64,000 nucleotides of DNA from the human T2T-CHM13v2.0 reference genome, Homo sapiens. The notes below the pieces were generated by a model. The model made no database searches. It was not told the DNA's origin and saw only the letters and a list, made by a program, of their open reading frames with translations. Below, in pieces: positions 1-27,123 of the stretch. Each line of letters begins with the position of its first letter. Position 1 is the first letter of the stretch. The position numbers were made by a program, and so were the translations under genes. Location of the stretch: the NCBI RefSeq assembly GCF_009914755.1, contig NC_060934.1. One strand, written 5' to 3'.

Positions 1-71
1 TAACATATTTTAGATAACAGAACTACATTATTCTCACAATATCTTCAGTAATTGACCTTTCCTTTCCATGA

Positions 72-197
<126 letters not shown>

Positions 198-419
198 TAA
201 TCTTGTTTGACAAATGTGAAAATAAGAAACTGAAGTGGGAGATAATAGTTAAACAAGATTTGTTAAATTGCCCATGGAAGGCTTTTTATATAGTGATTTA
301 AACTAAATGTCTTACATGTTAACATATTTTTTTCTAATGCTAGTATGTTGACTTTACCAACTTTATCAACTGAGTTGGTACTCTTAGCAAAATTTTCATT
401 TATTTACATTTACAAAATT

Positions 420-3717
<3,298 letters not shown>

Positions 3718-3911
3718 AGAGGTATAGTTCTTATAGGAAAGGCAGGACACATGCTTGATTAATTTCCTTTATTTGCCAATTTTGAGAATAATGAGTTGGT
3801 TTCCTAGGTTTCTTAGTGTCATTATAAACTCCTAGATTTAAACTATTTGTGTTAACCCATTGTAGTTGTTCTCCTCACCGATGCTCAGATTGGCTCATCT
3901 TAGGCCAGGGG

Positions 3912-4279
3912 TATGTTAGTCTGTTTTCATGCTGCTGATAAAGACATACCCGAGACTGGGCAATTTACAAAAGAAAGAGGTTTATTGGACTTATAGTTCC
4001 ACATGTCTGGGGAGGCCTCATAATCATGGCGGAAGGCAAGGACGAGCAAGTCACATCTTACGTGGGTGGCAGCAGGCAAAGAGAGAGAGCTTGTGTGGAG
4101 AAACTCCTGTTTGTAAAACCATCAGATCTCGTGAGACCCATTCCCTGTAATGAGAACAGCATGGAAAAGATCCGCCCCTACGATTCAGTCATCTCCCACC
4201 AGGTCCCTCCCGCAACGCGTGGGAATTATGGGAGCTACAAGATGAGATTTAGGTGGGGACACAGAGCCAAACCATATTA
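3912..4279 (-). mobile_element. THE1-type MaLR solo LTR
   Basis: tgctgctgataaagacatacccgagactggg...agccaaaccatatta termini; 5-bp TSD agggg at 3907-3911 and 4280-4284. Confidence 0.88.
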
Positions 4280-4722
4280 AGGGGTTACATCTTCAAGTGG
4301 CTTACTGAGTCCTTTTGATTAACCTAGTAGGCTTTGCTTAGCTTATTTCCTTGTCTTATTTGACAAGATGTTCCGTATTCATCTTGAATATTTTCTGCCT
4401 CAGTCCTGGAATCAGATGCTTTTATAAGGAATCCTGGTTCATTTTAGTGTGAATTACTCCTACCAACCTGGGTACTGGAGGTTGTGGTTTTTCTTGGGAA
4501 GTCCATATTTCTAGAATGAGTGTATTTAAAAAGGAGCTTTGAAAGACTTTATTTCTAAACAAATTAATATTGATTAAAAAGTATGGTTATAACTTTTTAT
4601 CATACTTCTTTAAGTTTTAAAAGACATAAAAAGGCTAACTTTACATTTTATTTGTTGCATGTCCTTCCCAAACTGAATGAAAAAAGTACTAAACTGACAC
4701 CTACAACATTCCTCTTGTGTAG

Positions 4723-4812
<90 letters not shown>

Positions 4813-4873
4813 TAAGCCCTTGGCTATGGAGTTAATTTCCAAGAATAAGCATTTCTGATAACAGGCTATTTGA

Positions 4874-5122
<249 letters not shown>

Positions 5123-5466
5123 TAGAGACAGGGTTTCACCATGCTGCCTAGGCTTCTATTTTGTTTTGACATTAACAAGTAGCTATCAAACACTTTTTAA
5201 AAATCTTTTACTAACTTTTAATTTTTAAATCATTAATTCATGTGAAGTTTCAAGAAGAGTACAAGAGAGGTTTCATGTATTCTTCACCCAGTCTTCCTCA
5301 GTGGTTATCTCTTAAATAATTATAGTACAAGGCTGGATGTGGTGGCTCACACCTGTGAATCCCAGCACTTTGGGAGGCCAAGGCAGGCAGATCACGTGAG
5401 GTTGGGAGTTTGAGATTAGTCTGACCAACATGGAGAAACCCCATCACTACTAAAAACACAAAATTA

Positions 5467-5998
<532 letters not shown>

Positions 5999-6044
5999 TT
6001 ATAGTACAATATCAAAGCTGGGAAGTTGACCTTGATACAATATG

Positions 6045-6428
6045 TGTATTAGTTTGTTCTTATACTACTATAGAGAACCACCTGAGACTGGGTAATTTAT
6101 AAAGAAAAGAGGTTTAATTGGCTCACAGTTCCATAGGCTGTACAGGAGGCATGGCTGGGGAGGCTTCAGGAAACTTACAATCCTGGTAGAAGAGCTAAGG
6201 AGAAGCAAGCACATATTCACATGGCGGCAGGAGAGAGAAAGTGAAGAGGAAAGCACTGCACACTTTTAAACAACCAGATCTTGTGAGAACTCATTCACTA
6301 TCATGAGAACAGCAAGGGGGAAGTCCATCTTTATCACTCGGTTATCTCCCATCAGGTCCCTCCTCCAACATGTGGGGATTATAATTCAACATGAGATTTC
6401 AGTGGGGACAGAGAACCAGACCATATCA
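6045..6428 (-). mobile_element. MSTA-type MaLR solo LTR
   Basis: tgtattagt...cacctgagactgggtaatttataaagaaaagaggtttaattggctcacagttcc...accatatca. Confidence 0.85.
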
Positions 6429-7226
6429 AGATGTGTATATAGTAGTTCTATGCCATTTTGTCACTTGTATAGATTTGTGTAACCACCACTGCAATCAAGA
6501 TACAGAACTATCCTATCATCACAAGGATCTTTCTTGCTAATTCACTGTAGTCACACTCACCTCATCTTTTCCATGATTCCTAACCCCTGGCAACCACTAA
6601 TCTGTTCACTTTTTAAAGCCCTGGAGTAATTTGTTCAAAGGAAAGCTTTTATTGAGGCCCATTGTATAAAACAACAATAATAACAGAGAAAACAAGGGGA
6701 AGAAGGCAAGTGGGATGCTAAGGACTATAACTTGAAAATTCCTGATTGTGTTTATCCTTGAAGATATTAGGAAGCAAGACTTTCACAGAGCATTTTTTAA
6801 AAGTTAATAGTGATAAAAGATATTAGACCTAATAATAACCAGAAGCATTTTAGTATAATCTTTTACTGAACTTTTTTGTAGATGTTAACACTCTAATAGT
6901 ATATAAATCATTTAATAAACTTAGTTTTTTCTGTGTTACTTCCAACTGTCATAATGTATTCCATGAATGTGTAAGATGCCCTAGAATCAGAACAATGTAA
7001 GATTGTGGGTTAGTGAACAGTTTACCATCACTAATGGAGGTGTTCTTTTTTTGATGCTTTAGAAGTAAAAAATAATTGGTGAGGCACTCAATCCTGGCCT
7101 GTAGTCTTTAGAAATGATATTGATTATTGGAGGCTTTCATCTTTCTGATTTTATTTTTGAACTTAAGAAGTAACTTTGGTTTTCATTTGTTTAGTCCCAT
7201 GATTGAAAATATGGTGTTTGCTCTCT

Positions 7227-9810
<2,584 letters not shown>

Positions 9811-10071
9811 GGTGTTTGTTCTCTAATACACATGAGGCATAATCTGAGATAGTTTTGTCTGAAAACGCTTTTGGAATTAGTACAGTGTCAGTCAGAGAAG
9901 AATCACAAAAACTACAGCCAACATTTAAAACAGGATAATGCTTTATTTAAGCCAAGCTTAATAGACATTTTAAAACCATATCAAAATCATCTCATCCATA
10001 CAGTAACAATGTTGTATTACCCCTTGGCATTCACTATAAAAAAGCATTTCAAATAATCCCGTTTTACATAA

Positions 10072-10281
<210 letters not shown>

Positions 10282-11364
10282 TAGTAGAGACAGGGTTTCA
10301 CCATGTTAGCCAGGATGGTCTTGATCTGCTGACTTCGTGATCTTCCCGCCTCGGCCTCCCAAAGTGCTAGGATTACAGGCGTGAGCCACCGCGCCTGGCT
10401 GTAGAAGATCCATTTTTAATAAAAAGCTAATATATTTCATCAAAAGACTATTAGAATTAACTCTTCTCTTACAGCTCTTTTCTAGCTTTTCCTTTAGTCA
10501 ACAATATCTCTAGCTAATACGTTAAGGGAATTTGTATTCACGGAAGAATCTTTGTCATTTAAGCATAATGTGAAATAGAAAATTGTTGGTTGTTATCAAA
10601 GAATTAGATGAGCAAATACAGGCATTCATTTCTGAAACTGACTAATACTCAAGAAATCAGAGACCCATTAAAGTGGGTTTGGAAGACCTGTGAGCTTTGC
10701 GCTTGAGAAAAGCATTCTCTATTTTACTTTTTATGACTTCTTTTGACTTTGACTTCATCTTCTGATATTTTTGTTGAATTTAGAAATTTTTAGTTTCTAA
10801 AAACTCTTTTCTGCCATCCCTGTCTCTCCTTTTGAAAAATATAGCATCCTTTTATTTTATAGATCTATTCCTTATCTCAGAAACATTATTAATGTTATTA
10901 AAGTTTTCTTTTATGTTTTTCTTTCCTTTGGGATCTTTTTTTTCCCTGTTGTGATATCTGTCATTTGTATTTATTTTCTTCAAATGTCTAGTGATTTTTG
11001 GCTGGCAATTAAGATGGATTAGAAGCTTTGTACATGGGTGAGGATTATGGACCTGTAAGTTCACTATAGATGAAAAAGTGGTGATCTCAGTCTTAAGTCT
11101 GGGCTTCCATCAGATATCATTCTTTGTTGGATTTTTTTTCTTTTGTTCTAGCCCTCAGTCTTTTCTGAGAAGATTTGCCCAGTTTGCTTGGAGATTTTTC
11201 TAGCTGCTGCTATTTTTTGATTAGAGTGGGTATAGGGGGCTGAGGATTCCATCATTTTGTATGTAGATTTACACTTAAATGCTCATTTCTAGTCCCTAAA
11301 CCTTCTACAGTCCATGATGTCTAGTGAAAGTGAACCTGGAAATTCTGCTGCAATTCCTATAGAC

Positions 11365-11558
11365 TAGTGGCTGTCAATGGAAGTGGTGTTGGGGGACTGG
11401 TGGTGGTGGGTGGTTTTGTCCCCCAGAGGACATTTGGCAGAGTCCAGTGACATTTTTTATCATCATGACTTGGATGGTACTGAACATCCTAAAATGTACA
11501 GGACATCCCCACAATGAAGAATTATTTGATCCACTAGTGCTGAGGCTGAGAAACTCTG
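11365..11558 (+). mobile_element. MER20 (hAT-Charlie) fragment
   Basis: ttttgtcccccagaggacatttggca...agtgctgaggctgagaaactctg. Confidence 0.75.
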
Positions 11559-12123
11559 CTCTAGAGAGTAATCCTTTGTTCTCATGAGGGTTATGCGGTG
11601 GGGTGAGAGTGGTGTTTGTGCGTGTTGCAGCAGCAGGGGGTGTAATTGCTCTGTATACATACTTTAAGTCTCAGTTTTTAACCCCTAATCTTACCCCTTC
11701 CTTCTAAGATACCTGATGCCTTCAAGTCCCACATTTTTCCAGCATTCTGTGGGGCATATTTATATTCTGTATCCCTGATTATAGACACTTAGGTTGCATT
11801 CCCTCCTCTCTCTACTTTGAGTTATAGTCCGTCCTCTGTTAGCTTTCTAGCTTCTCAAATCTGGAACACACATGCTTTTCCCCTCATAGGTAGGGATTCT
11901 TAGTTTCAGAATTGAGGGCAAGGGAAAAATATTTCATTTATAAAACAAAGACAAGGAATATAATTTGTTCTTTGTAATTTGTATTTATTGCTTATTGACA
12001 CAGGTATCAAGTGACACTTGGGTATCAAGTGATGGTGATAAATGTTGGAAATGAGTTTGTGTAGCTGTCACAATTGTGTTAGAATACATTTTATAGGAGT
12101 TAGAAAAAAATATTAACTGTTAA

Positions 12124-12243
<120 letters not shown>

Positions 12244-12251
12244 TAAAATGA

Positions 12252-12557
<306 letters not shown>

Positions 12558-13514
12558 TGATCTGCCCATCTCAGCCTCCCAAAATGCTGGGATGACAGGC
12601 GTGAGCCACTGCACCCAGCTCCTTCAGATTTTTTTGGAAAAAAAAAAAAGATTTTATTTTGCTGACCCTTATACTGAAAGTAAGTTATATCATGATTTTT
12701 TACTATCATTAATCACATCAAAAAAGCTGACAGCTTATATTAATAAAACATTACAAGAAATTAACTGAATTGTTTGATTTTGTTATTGAAACTACAAAAT
12801 AGTGAATGCTGAAGCAGTTTTGTTAACATGTTTATCAGATGAAGGAATACAGATATTGGGAGAGACTGGATGTTAAATAAAAGTAATATAACTAGGGTAG
12901 GCAAGAGGCCTGACCTTTCAGGGCCACCCTCATATTAATACCTTTATTTATTTATTTTTAATTATTTTTTAGAGACAGGGTCTTGCTTGATGCCCAGGCT
13001 ACAGTGCAGTGGTGTAATCATATCTTACTGCAGCCTCAAACTTCTGGTCTCAAGCAACTCTCCTGCCTCAGCCTCCTGAGTAGCTGGACTTCAGGCATGC
13101 ACTACCATGCCCGGCTAATTATTTTATTTTTTTGTAGAGATGGAGTCAGTCTCGCTATGTTGCCCAGGCTGGTCTCAAACTATGGGGCTCAAGTGATCTC
13201 CTGCCTTGGCCTCCCAGAGTGCTGGGGTTACAGGTGTGAACCACCTTGCCAGGCCACATTAACACTGTTATATTCAAATCCATTGACAATGTTGAAGGAA
13301 ACTGAAGAATTAATAGTACTACACCAGACCTATTATTTAATCTCAAAGTGTTGAGTAAGATTACAGAAAGAAACAGGATGACATATTTGTGTTAACCTAC
13401 CGGGTAACTTCTTACAACTTTTGCATGGAAATAATTTGTTTCATTTTTCTAATCTTATGAACTAGCTAGATATCCTACCAGCCAGCTCAGCGTTTTTTAA
13501 ATTCTTATATTTAG

Positions 13515-13718
<204 letters not shown>

Positions 13719-13887
13719 TGATTTGTACTCATATTAAGTAGAGAATGGGTAGAAAAAATTTTCTGTGCTTAAGCATTAAATATTCTGTTTATTCACCCCA
13801 AATGGTATTTCTGTCCATTTAAAAAACATTATTTTACTATTTCATCCATGTTTTTCTCACTGGAGATGTCGACTTATGAAAAAACTA

Positions 13888-14204
<317 letters not shown>

Positions 14205-14314
14205 TCAAAAAAAAAAAAAAAAAAGAAAATAGAACATAACTTTATAATATATTTTGTAGACATTTAGAATAGTGATGCTGTGATGCTTTTTCTTTGTGGG
14301 GATGATTGAACCTA

Positions 14315-14545
<231 letters not shown>

Positions 14546-14699
14546 TCACTTGAACCCAGGAGGCAGAGGTTGCAGTGAACCGAGATCATGCCACTGCACT
14601 CCAGCCTGGGTAACAGAGCAAGACTCTGTTTCAGAAAAAAAAAAAAAAAGAATTTAGTATGTTCTGATGATGAAAGATGTTGAAAGTATTTAATTTTTT

Positions 14700-14999
<300 letters not shown>

Positions 15000-15054
15000 T
15001 TTAATTTTTTATTAGTTGTACTTTTTTTTTTTGAGACAGACTCTTGCTTTGTAG

Positions 15055-15192
<138 letters not shown>

Positions 15193-15824
15193 TAGTAGAG
15201 ACTGGGTTTCACCATGTTGGCCAGGCTGGTCTCAAACTCCTGACCTCAGGTGATCCACCTGCCTAGGCCTCCCAGAGCGTTGGGATTACAGGTGTAAGCC
15301 ACCACGTCCGGCCATTAGGTGTACTTCTGAGGAAATAGTAGAACATAGAAGGAAAAAAATTTCTGAGGAAGCATAATTATTGCAATAACTGAAAAAATCA
15401 GTTTTCCTTGCTTGTGTAGATGGCTACAGGAAGGGAAATAAACATTACTGGGCATCTGGATAAATTAGCATGAGTTAAAGCATTTCTTCTGATACAATGT
15501 CTAAAATTGACTTTTTTTTTTTGAGACAGAGTCTCTCTCTGTCACCCCGGCTGGAGTGGCAGTGGCACAATCTCTGGCTCACTGCAACCTCCACCTCCCA
15601 GGTTCAAGCAATTCTCCTGCCTCAGCCTCTTGAGTAGCTGGAACTACAAGTATGTACCACCACACCCAGCTAATTTTTGTATTTTTAGTAGAGACGGGGT
15701 TTCACCATGTTGGCCAGGCTGGAAAATTTACTAGTTCTTATCAAGATAAATCCTTGTGTAGATACTTTCATCAGATTCCTTTCACCGTATCCATTTTGTC
15801 TAACACTTATTTTTAAAAATATAG

Positions 15825-16103
<279 letters not shown>

Positions 16104-16915
16104 TGAAACATAGATGACGGTGTCACCAATACTCTCTACCATGCACAAACTATTTGTTCAGGGTGAAGATTAATGCTTTTATTGTCTTTGAATTAAAACA
16201 AATCTTTTTTCCCTCCCCACCCTCCCTTCTGTTTTCTATAAAATGTTACATTTATTAAGTAACTAAGTATATAAACGTTAGAAGTAGAAGTCCTCTTTTT
16301 CCCTGACTCCGGCTCCTGACCCTGGGTCATTGACCATAGGTGTTATTGTTAAATTTCTTGGGCCTTTTTCTGGAAATTTTTTGTGCATAAACATTCTGCA
16401 ACTTTTTTTGGGGGGGGCATATATATCTTGATGGTTTGCTATATTGTCAGAATATGTTTGTGTCTCATTGTTTTTAACTATTATCTCCCTTTAGAAAAAA
16501 GTATGTTTATTTAGTGTGAAATACTATCCTCATTATGGAAAATTTGGACATTCAGAAATATAAAAATTTAAAAAATCATCTAGACTCTAGTCTCACTAAG
16601 CCAAGCACTATACTTTTTGGTATTGATTTCCAGTTTTTTTTTTCTTCTGTAAACTTACCATAATTCTGTATATTATTTTTAGTTAGAGATTAATTGTAGA
16701 ATATTCTAATTCTTTGTGTACTATGAATTATAGTTATGGGTCTGATACACTTACAAATATGTTAAGGGCTTACAGAGCACTATAGAAAATTGTAATGTAT
16801 ATTTAAATATTTCCTTGCTTTGTAGTGAGCCAGTTCTTTTAAGCTCGTTATTACAAATTCTACAACAAGGGTATACTTTTGTCAACTTCTTTGAAATGGT
16901 TTGAACGGTATTTAA

Positions 16916-17219
<304 letters not shown>

Positions 17220-17293
17220 CTTTATAAACAATGTTAACTGCTATTCTTTCTTCCTGAGCTTTACTAGACACAGTCATAGACACGTCACTGTGA

Positions 17294-17527
<234 letters not shown>

Positions 17528-18676
17528 TAGCCAGGATGGTCTTGATCTCCTGACCTTGTGATCCACCCGCCTCGGCCTCCCAAAGTGCTGGGATTACAGG
17601 CATGAGCCACCGTGCCCAGCCAGCCTCTCCTTTTCTTTATTTGTATTTATTTATTTTTTTCAGCCTCTCCTTTTCTCGGCTCACTGCAACCTCTGCCTCC
17701 TGGGTTCAAGCAGTTCTCTTGCCTCAGCCTCCCGGGTAGATGGAATTATAGGCATGTGCCACCACGCCTGGCTAATTTTCGTATTTTTTTTTAGTAGAGA
17801 TGGTGTTTTACCATGTTGGTCAGGCTGGTCTCAAGCTCCTAACCTCAAGCAATCCACCCACCTCGGCCTCCCAAAGCGCTGGGATTACAGGCGTGAGCCA
17901 CCGTGCCCGGCCGAGAGTACGTTTATATTTTTAAAGACAGATCTCTCCACTGTTTATTCTCTCCCAGAAAGATTATTTTCAAATGTATGGAACTAACTTT
18001 TGAAACCTTTTTCACTCATGTCTTGTAACATTAGGAGTAGCAGTTATTAGTGAGGCTTCTAATGACTAAAGGGCAAGTTTAGCACCACATGATATCAAGG
18101 GACTTGTTAGTTGGCCCAGAAATTGGCAAGTCACTCTTTCCCCAGGGGTCCTGGACCCAACCAGAAGGGGATATTGGGTAGCTGATTTTAAAACTACAGT
18201 AATATATGATAGTAATAATGGTGCAAGAAAAATATCTTAGAATTCTGGGGACACATATCACTTCTTAGGGTTAGATCTGTGTGGCCCCTTCTGGGCCATA
18301 ACTATAAATCTTTTCTCCAGAGTTCTATGGAAGTCACTCATCTAATTGCACTTAATATTACCTCCTTCATACTTGATTTATATATAGTCTTTATTTTATA
18401 ATTGTATGGTTGGTCTAGGAAGTTCTTAGCCATATAATTTATTTGTTTTCTTTGTGCAGAGTCTTTGCCTCCCTTTTTCAGCTTAACAATATTTATTAAA
18501 CATTTTCCAAGTAAATACTACAAATGTTAGCTGACCCTCTGCCTCAATTCAGTGCTTAGATGACATTATTTGATAGGTTTTCTCAATCACCCAAATTTGA
18601 CAAAATTAAAAGATATCCTGTCAGTACTAACTTTTCAAATATTGATTCATTCATTAAATGGTGGTCTGTATATATA

Positions 18677-19141
18677 TAGGCATACTTCAGAGATATTGCA
18701 GGTTTGCTTCCAGACCACTGCAATAAAGTGAATATTACAATAAAGCAAGTCATGAATTTTTTGCTTTCCCGGTGCATATAAAGGTTATGTTGACCAGGCG
18801 CAGTGGCTCACACCTGTAATTCCAGCACACGCCTGGTGGGACAATCAGAACACAACGTTTATCAGTTACATTTGCTGTCTTATAGGGGTACAGTTTATGG
18901 TACCCCAAGACAATTACAATAGTAACATCAAAGATCATTGATCACAGTGTATAATGAAAAAGTTAGAAATACTGTAGTAGTTACCAACATGTGATGCAGA
19001 GACAGAAAGTGAGCACATGATATTTGAAAAAAGTCACTGATAGACGTGCTCAAGGTAGGGTTGCCACAAACCTTCAATTTGTAAAAATTTGGTATCTGTG
19101 ACACATAGTAAGGTGAAGCACAATAAAATAAGCTATGCCTG
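18677..19141 (-). mobile_element. Internally deleted Tigger1 with both termini
   Basis: aggcatacttcagagatattgcagg...ccagaccactgcaataaag at left and gcacaataaaataagctatgcctg at right (CAGGCATAC-type TIRs). Confidence 0.82.
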
Positions 19142-19812
19142 AATTGATACATTTCTACTTACCAAGTTACAATTTTTGCTTGAATTAAAAGAAAAGAGGC
19201 ATGTTGCTCTCACAAAATTAGTTGAAATTGGTATGCTAGCTCTTCTTTCCAAAAGAATGTCAGTAGACCTATAAGTATTTACTAATGTATTTCTGTTATA
19301 CTTCCTCAGCCCTATCCTACCAAAAGGAGATTAGATCAGGATTTTTTTTCTTTTTATAAATATTTCCAATCTATACTACATTCTTAATTTCCCTATTTCT
19401 TGACAAGAACAACATCTTTCACAAGTTCTTCTGATACAATAGGATGTAAGTCATCTCAGATCTTCAAAGTTAAGTACTTCCAGCCCAAGGGCTAATCTTG
19501 ATGACTACTTGGTCTCAGCCTTTTTGACTGGTAACCTAAACTTGTTTGAAATTTATTTTCTTAAAATATACCTGTAGGTTTTTAAAAATTTATTTTGTTT
19601 GGAGTGCTGAAATCTTATTAACTGTCATTTTCCTCTTTTGAATTCTTCTGACTTCTATTTCATTAAACTATTAAATAGTTCTGGCTGGGTGCGGTGGCTC
19701 ATCTCAGCACTTTGGGAGGCCAAGGTGGGTGGATCACTTGAGGTCAGGAGTTCGAGACCAGCCTGGCCAACATGGTGAAACCCTGTCTTTACTGAAATAC
19801 AAACATTAGCTA

Positions 19813-19953
<141 letters not shown>

Positions 19954-20046
19954 TCAAAAAAAGAAAAAAAGAAATTCTGTGTTTTCACTGGGCTTGAAAA
20001 AAGAGAAATTATTATATTTATTGTAATATAATAAATTATTGTATTA

Positions 20047-20433
<387 letters not shown>

Positions 20434-20516
20434 CTACCAAAGTATTTAAGATATCATTTAGAAAGGTTTACAGAAGTGGAAATATTCTTTTTAAAGACCT
20501 ATTTGTTTATTTCTGA

Positions 20517-20681
<165 letters not shown>

Positions 20682-20725
20682 TGATGTGTTGTTTAAGAAG
20701 GAAACTCATTTTTGTTTCTTCAAAG

Positions 20726-20884
20726 ATAGAAGATCAAAAAAAGGAACTAGATGGCTTTCTCAGTATACTGTGTAACAATCTACATGAACTACAAGAAAAT
20801 ACCATTTGTTCCTTGGTTGAGTCACAAAAGCAATGTGGAAACCTAACTGAAGACCTGAAGACAATAAAGCAGACCCATTCCCAG
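20726..20884 (+). CDS. KIF11: KIF11 coding exon 16 ([13 protein letters not shown]...KQTHSQ)
   Basis: ttcaaag| acceptor after a 77-nt intron, |gtatgt donor; 159 nt; overlaps ORF 20681..20929. Confidence 0.95.
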
Positions 20885-23102
20885 GTATGTTGTTTAGCGG
20901 ACTTGGGGAGTACAGAAAGAGAGTTTTAGGATGATTTGATATGACTTGATAATTAATCTATGTTACACAATCTGAATACTGTAAAAGCTGAAACCTGAAA
21001 ATACCATAGCCACTGTTGCTTATAACAGTAATTATTGTAGAACAATTGAGAATACTTCTCTTAATATTTGAAGTTTTGCTACATCTAGAACCCCATGCAG
21101 AACCACAATATGACAAAACAGTCCTTTTCTCACATCAAGATGAAAGATGAATCTGGAAAAACATACCTTTAGAGAAGAATGGTTATAACATTTAAAGTGA
21201 AAATGTATCTACATTAAAACCTGCTAAGTTGTTTCTAGGATGGCATGGATAGTTGTCTTTCATAAACCAAGTCCTACTTTCTCTTATTTCTGTCTCACTG
21301 ATAGACATTTAAAACATAGTAAATCGATACAACTTTTAATTCTTATTGATTATAAATGTAATTCATGATTTATCTTCCCTGTAAACTGTTCCTCATTATA
21401 TGAGGCTTTAAACCAAAACCAAGCCTTCAAACCATAATCTGTAAATATCAGATATCTGAAAAACAGCTTCTGGTATTCTTAAGACTTTAATAATGACTGT
21501 CTAAAGTTTTATTAAATGAGCTTATTATAATATGACAGAACTCTTATAATAGTTAACATTTATTGAGCAATTCACTGTGTTTATTCCTCCCATCAATATA
21601 GATATAAATTCTATTACTAGTCAGATTTTTAATGAGGAAACTGAGACCCTGTGAGCATCTAATAGTATGTAGATCATCTTGCAGAAGGTGGTAGTGATCA
21701 TACTACCTGAAAAGCATCCATGTTTGAGTGGCTCTTTTGTGTGTTTTTTGGCAACTTAAAACTGCAGCATTTTCTCATACATCTACATAGGGTATTTCCC
21801 TTAAACCCGTTGAGAACTTTTTAGGTGTATATTCTAAGGCTGATCCCCTTTTTATAAATTTGCTGTTTTGAAATGCTTAAAATTGTTAGACAGCTCTTTA
21901 AAAAAACAATACAAAAAAATCTGATCTGAAAAGTATCTTAGCATGAATGGTTTGGCTTTCCTGGCTTTAAGGAAGCAAGTTCAGTATGTGAGCTATTTCT
22001 TAGGTTTTCCAGAACTTGAAATGAGCACTACTAAAATAATTATGTAAAACTTTGAACACATTTACATATAGATAAATATAATACCTGCATTAGCATTCAA
22101 ATTATTAATCTGATAATACCTTTGAGACTAGTAAAAATACTGACAGACTTTATTCATAATCAGAATGTTAGATATGTATTGTCAACTGATGTGTTATTCA
22201 GAGATACTGGCCAACCAGCAGACTGAAGAGTGAATAAGAATGTTGGATGCATTTTCAGCTCTTCTTTGGTCATTAGGATGGCTTCTTCATTTTGCAATGT
22301 AGCATGTTATATGCCTATAAGAGCTTGTTTTCAAAGATGTAAAATATGAGCAAAGATAAGACTATTTACATTTTGTTAATATGATCCAACTAGGTTCTGT
22401 AACATTTTTTAGCTCCAGTAATTGATAATATTTTTGGATTGCTTGACCCGTTAGTATATCACATTAATTTTCCCTTCTAGCAGTGTTATCAGTTAAAAAG
22501 CAACTATATATATCTGTCAAAGTGGGTCTTAAACATAATGTGATATATGGGTTGTTTGATTAGTTTTGAGGTACACTGAAAGTAATTTGTTACTTACAGC
22601 TAAAATAGTAAAGTTTGCTAATTATTTACTTTTTAAAAAATCCTGGCTGGATGTGATGGCTCATGTCTGTAATCTCAGCACTTTGAGAGGCTGAGGCAGG
22701 GTGATCACTTGAGGCTAGGAGTTCAAGACCAGCCTGGTCAACATAGCGAGATCACGTCTCTACAAAAAAAATTTGTTTAAATTAGCCAGGCATGGTGGCT
22801 CATGCCTGTGTAGTCCCAACTACTTGGAGGCTGAGGAAGGAGGATCCCTTGAGCCCAGGAGGTTGAAGCTGCAGTGAGCCTTGATTGTGCCACTGCACTA
22901 CAGCTTGGACAACAGAGTGAGACCCTGTCTCTAAAAAAAAAAACAAATCCTACATTTTAATATCACTTCCACTGCTTTCCTCTGTAGAAGAAAGGTAAAG
23001 TTAACTTTATCTCTTGTCAAGAATTTATATAATTCTCACCTATGGACAATACTTCTTGTTTTGTTATCAGTCATAAAAAATGTTCAAGTGTCATAATTTT
23101 AA

Positions 23103-23240
<138 letters not shown>

Positions 23241-23558
23241 TAAGCTATTTTTAAATTCTCTTAAACTTTTCTGTAAGTCTGAAATTATTTAAGAAGAAAA
23301 AGCTTTAAATAGTACAAATAATTCCTCTGTGTACTTTCAAATTTCTCTTTTGTTAATATTTTATTATGTATGTGTGTATGTATATATATACATGCATATA
23401 AATGTCTTTTCATTGCGTATTTGTGCTCTCTTTTAAGACATTGAAAAACCTGGCTGTTACCCACAATATATTTTCGAATTTCCTCAATCTTAGAAAACAC
23501 ACTAAGTAATTTCACAATTTCTAACCTATATTACTGATGAAAAATATACTAACTAGAG

Positions 23559-24005
<447 letters not shown>

Positions 24006-24008
24006 TGA

Positions 24009-24411
<403 letters not shown>

Positions 24412-24689
24412 TAGCCTCATTGCTTGCCAGTTCCGCATACTTAACATACACTACAGTCAGACCTATGTTTTCTTTTAGGAATTTTATAACTTTATGGTTT
24501 AACATTTATATTCATGATCCATTTAAAAATTTTTATAAAACATAGGAGATTTGTCAAGTTTCAGTTTTTTGCCTATTGAGTATTCTATACTCATGAGGAG
24601 AAAGATACTATATTTACCCTATTTTTCCCCATTTAATTCTGAAATTAAACTTCCTAAAGTTTCAAGCTTTCTTTGGTGGGAAGTAGTCT

Positions 24690-27123
<2,434 letters not shown>

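Noticed and set aside
4002-4020. PRDM9 hotspot motif position in the THE1 LTR
   Set aside because: Minus strand reads CCTCCCCAGACAT, not the CCTCCCTNNCCAC hotspot form.
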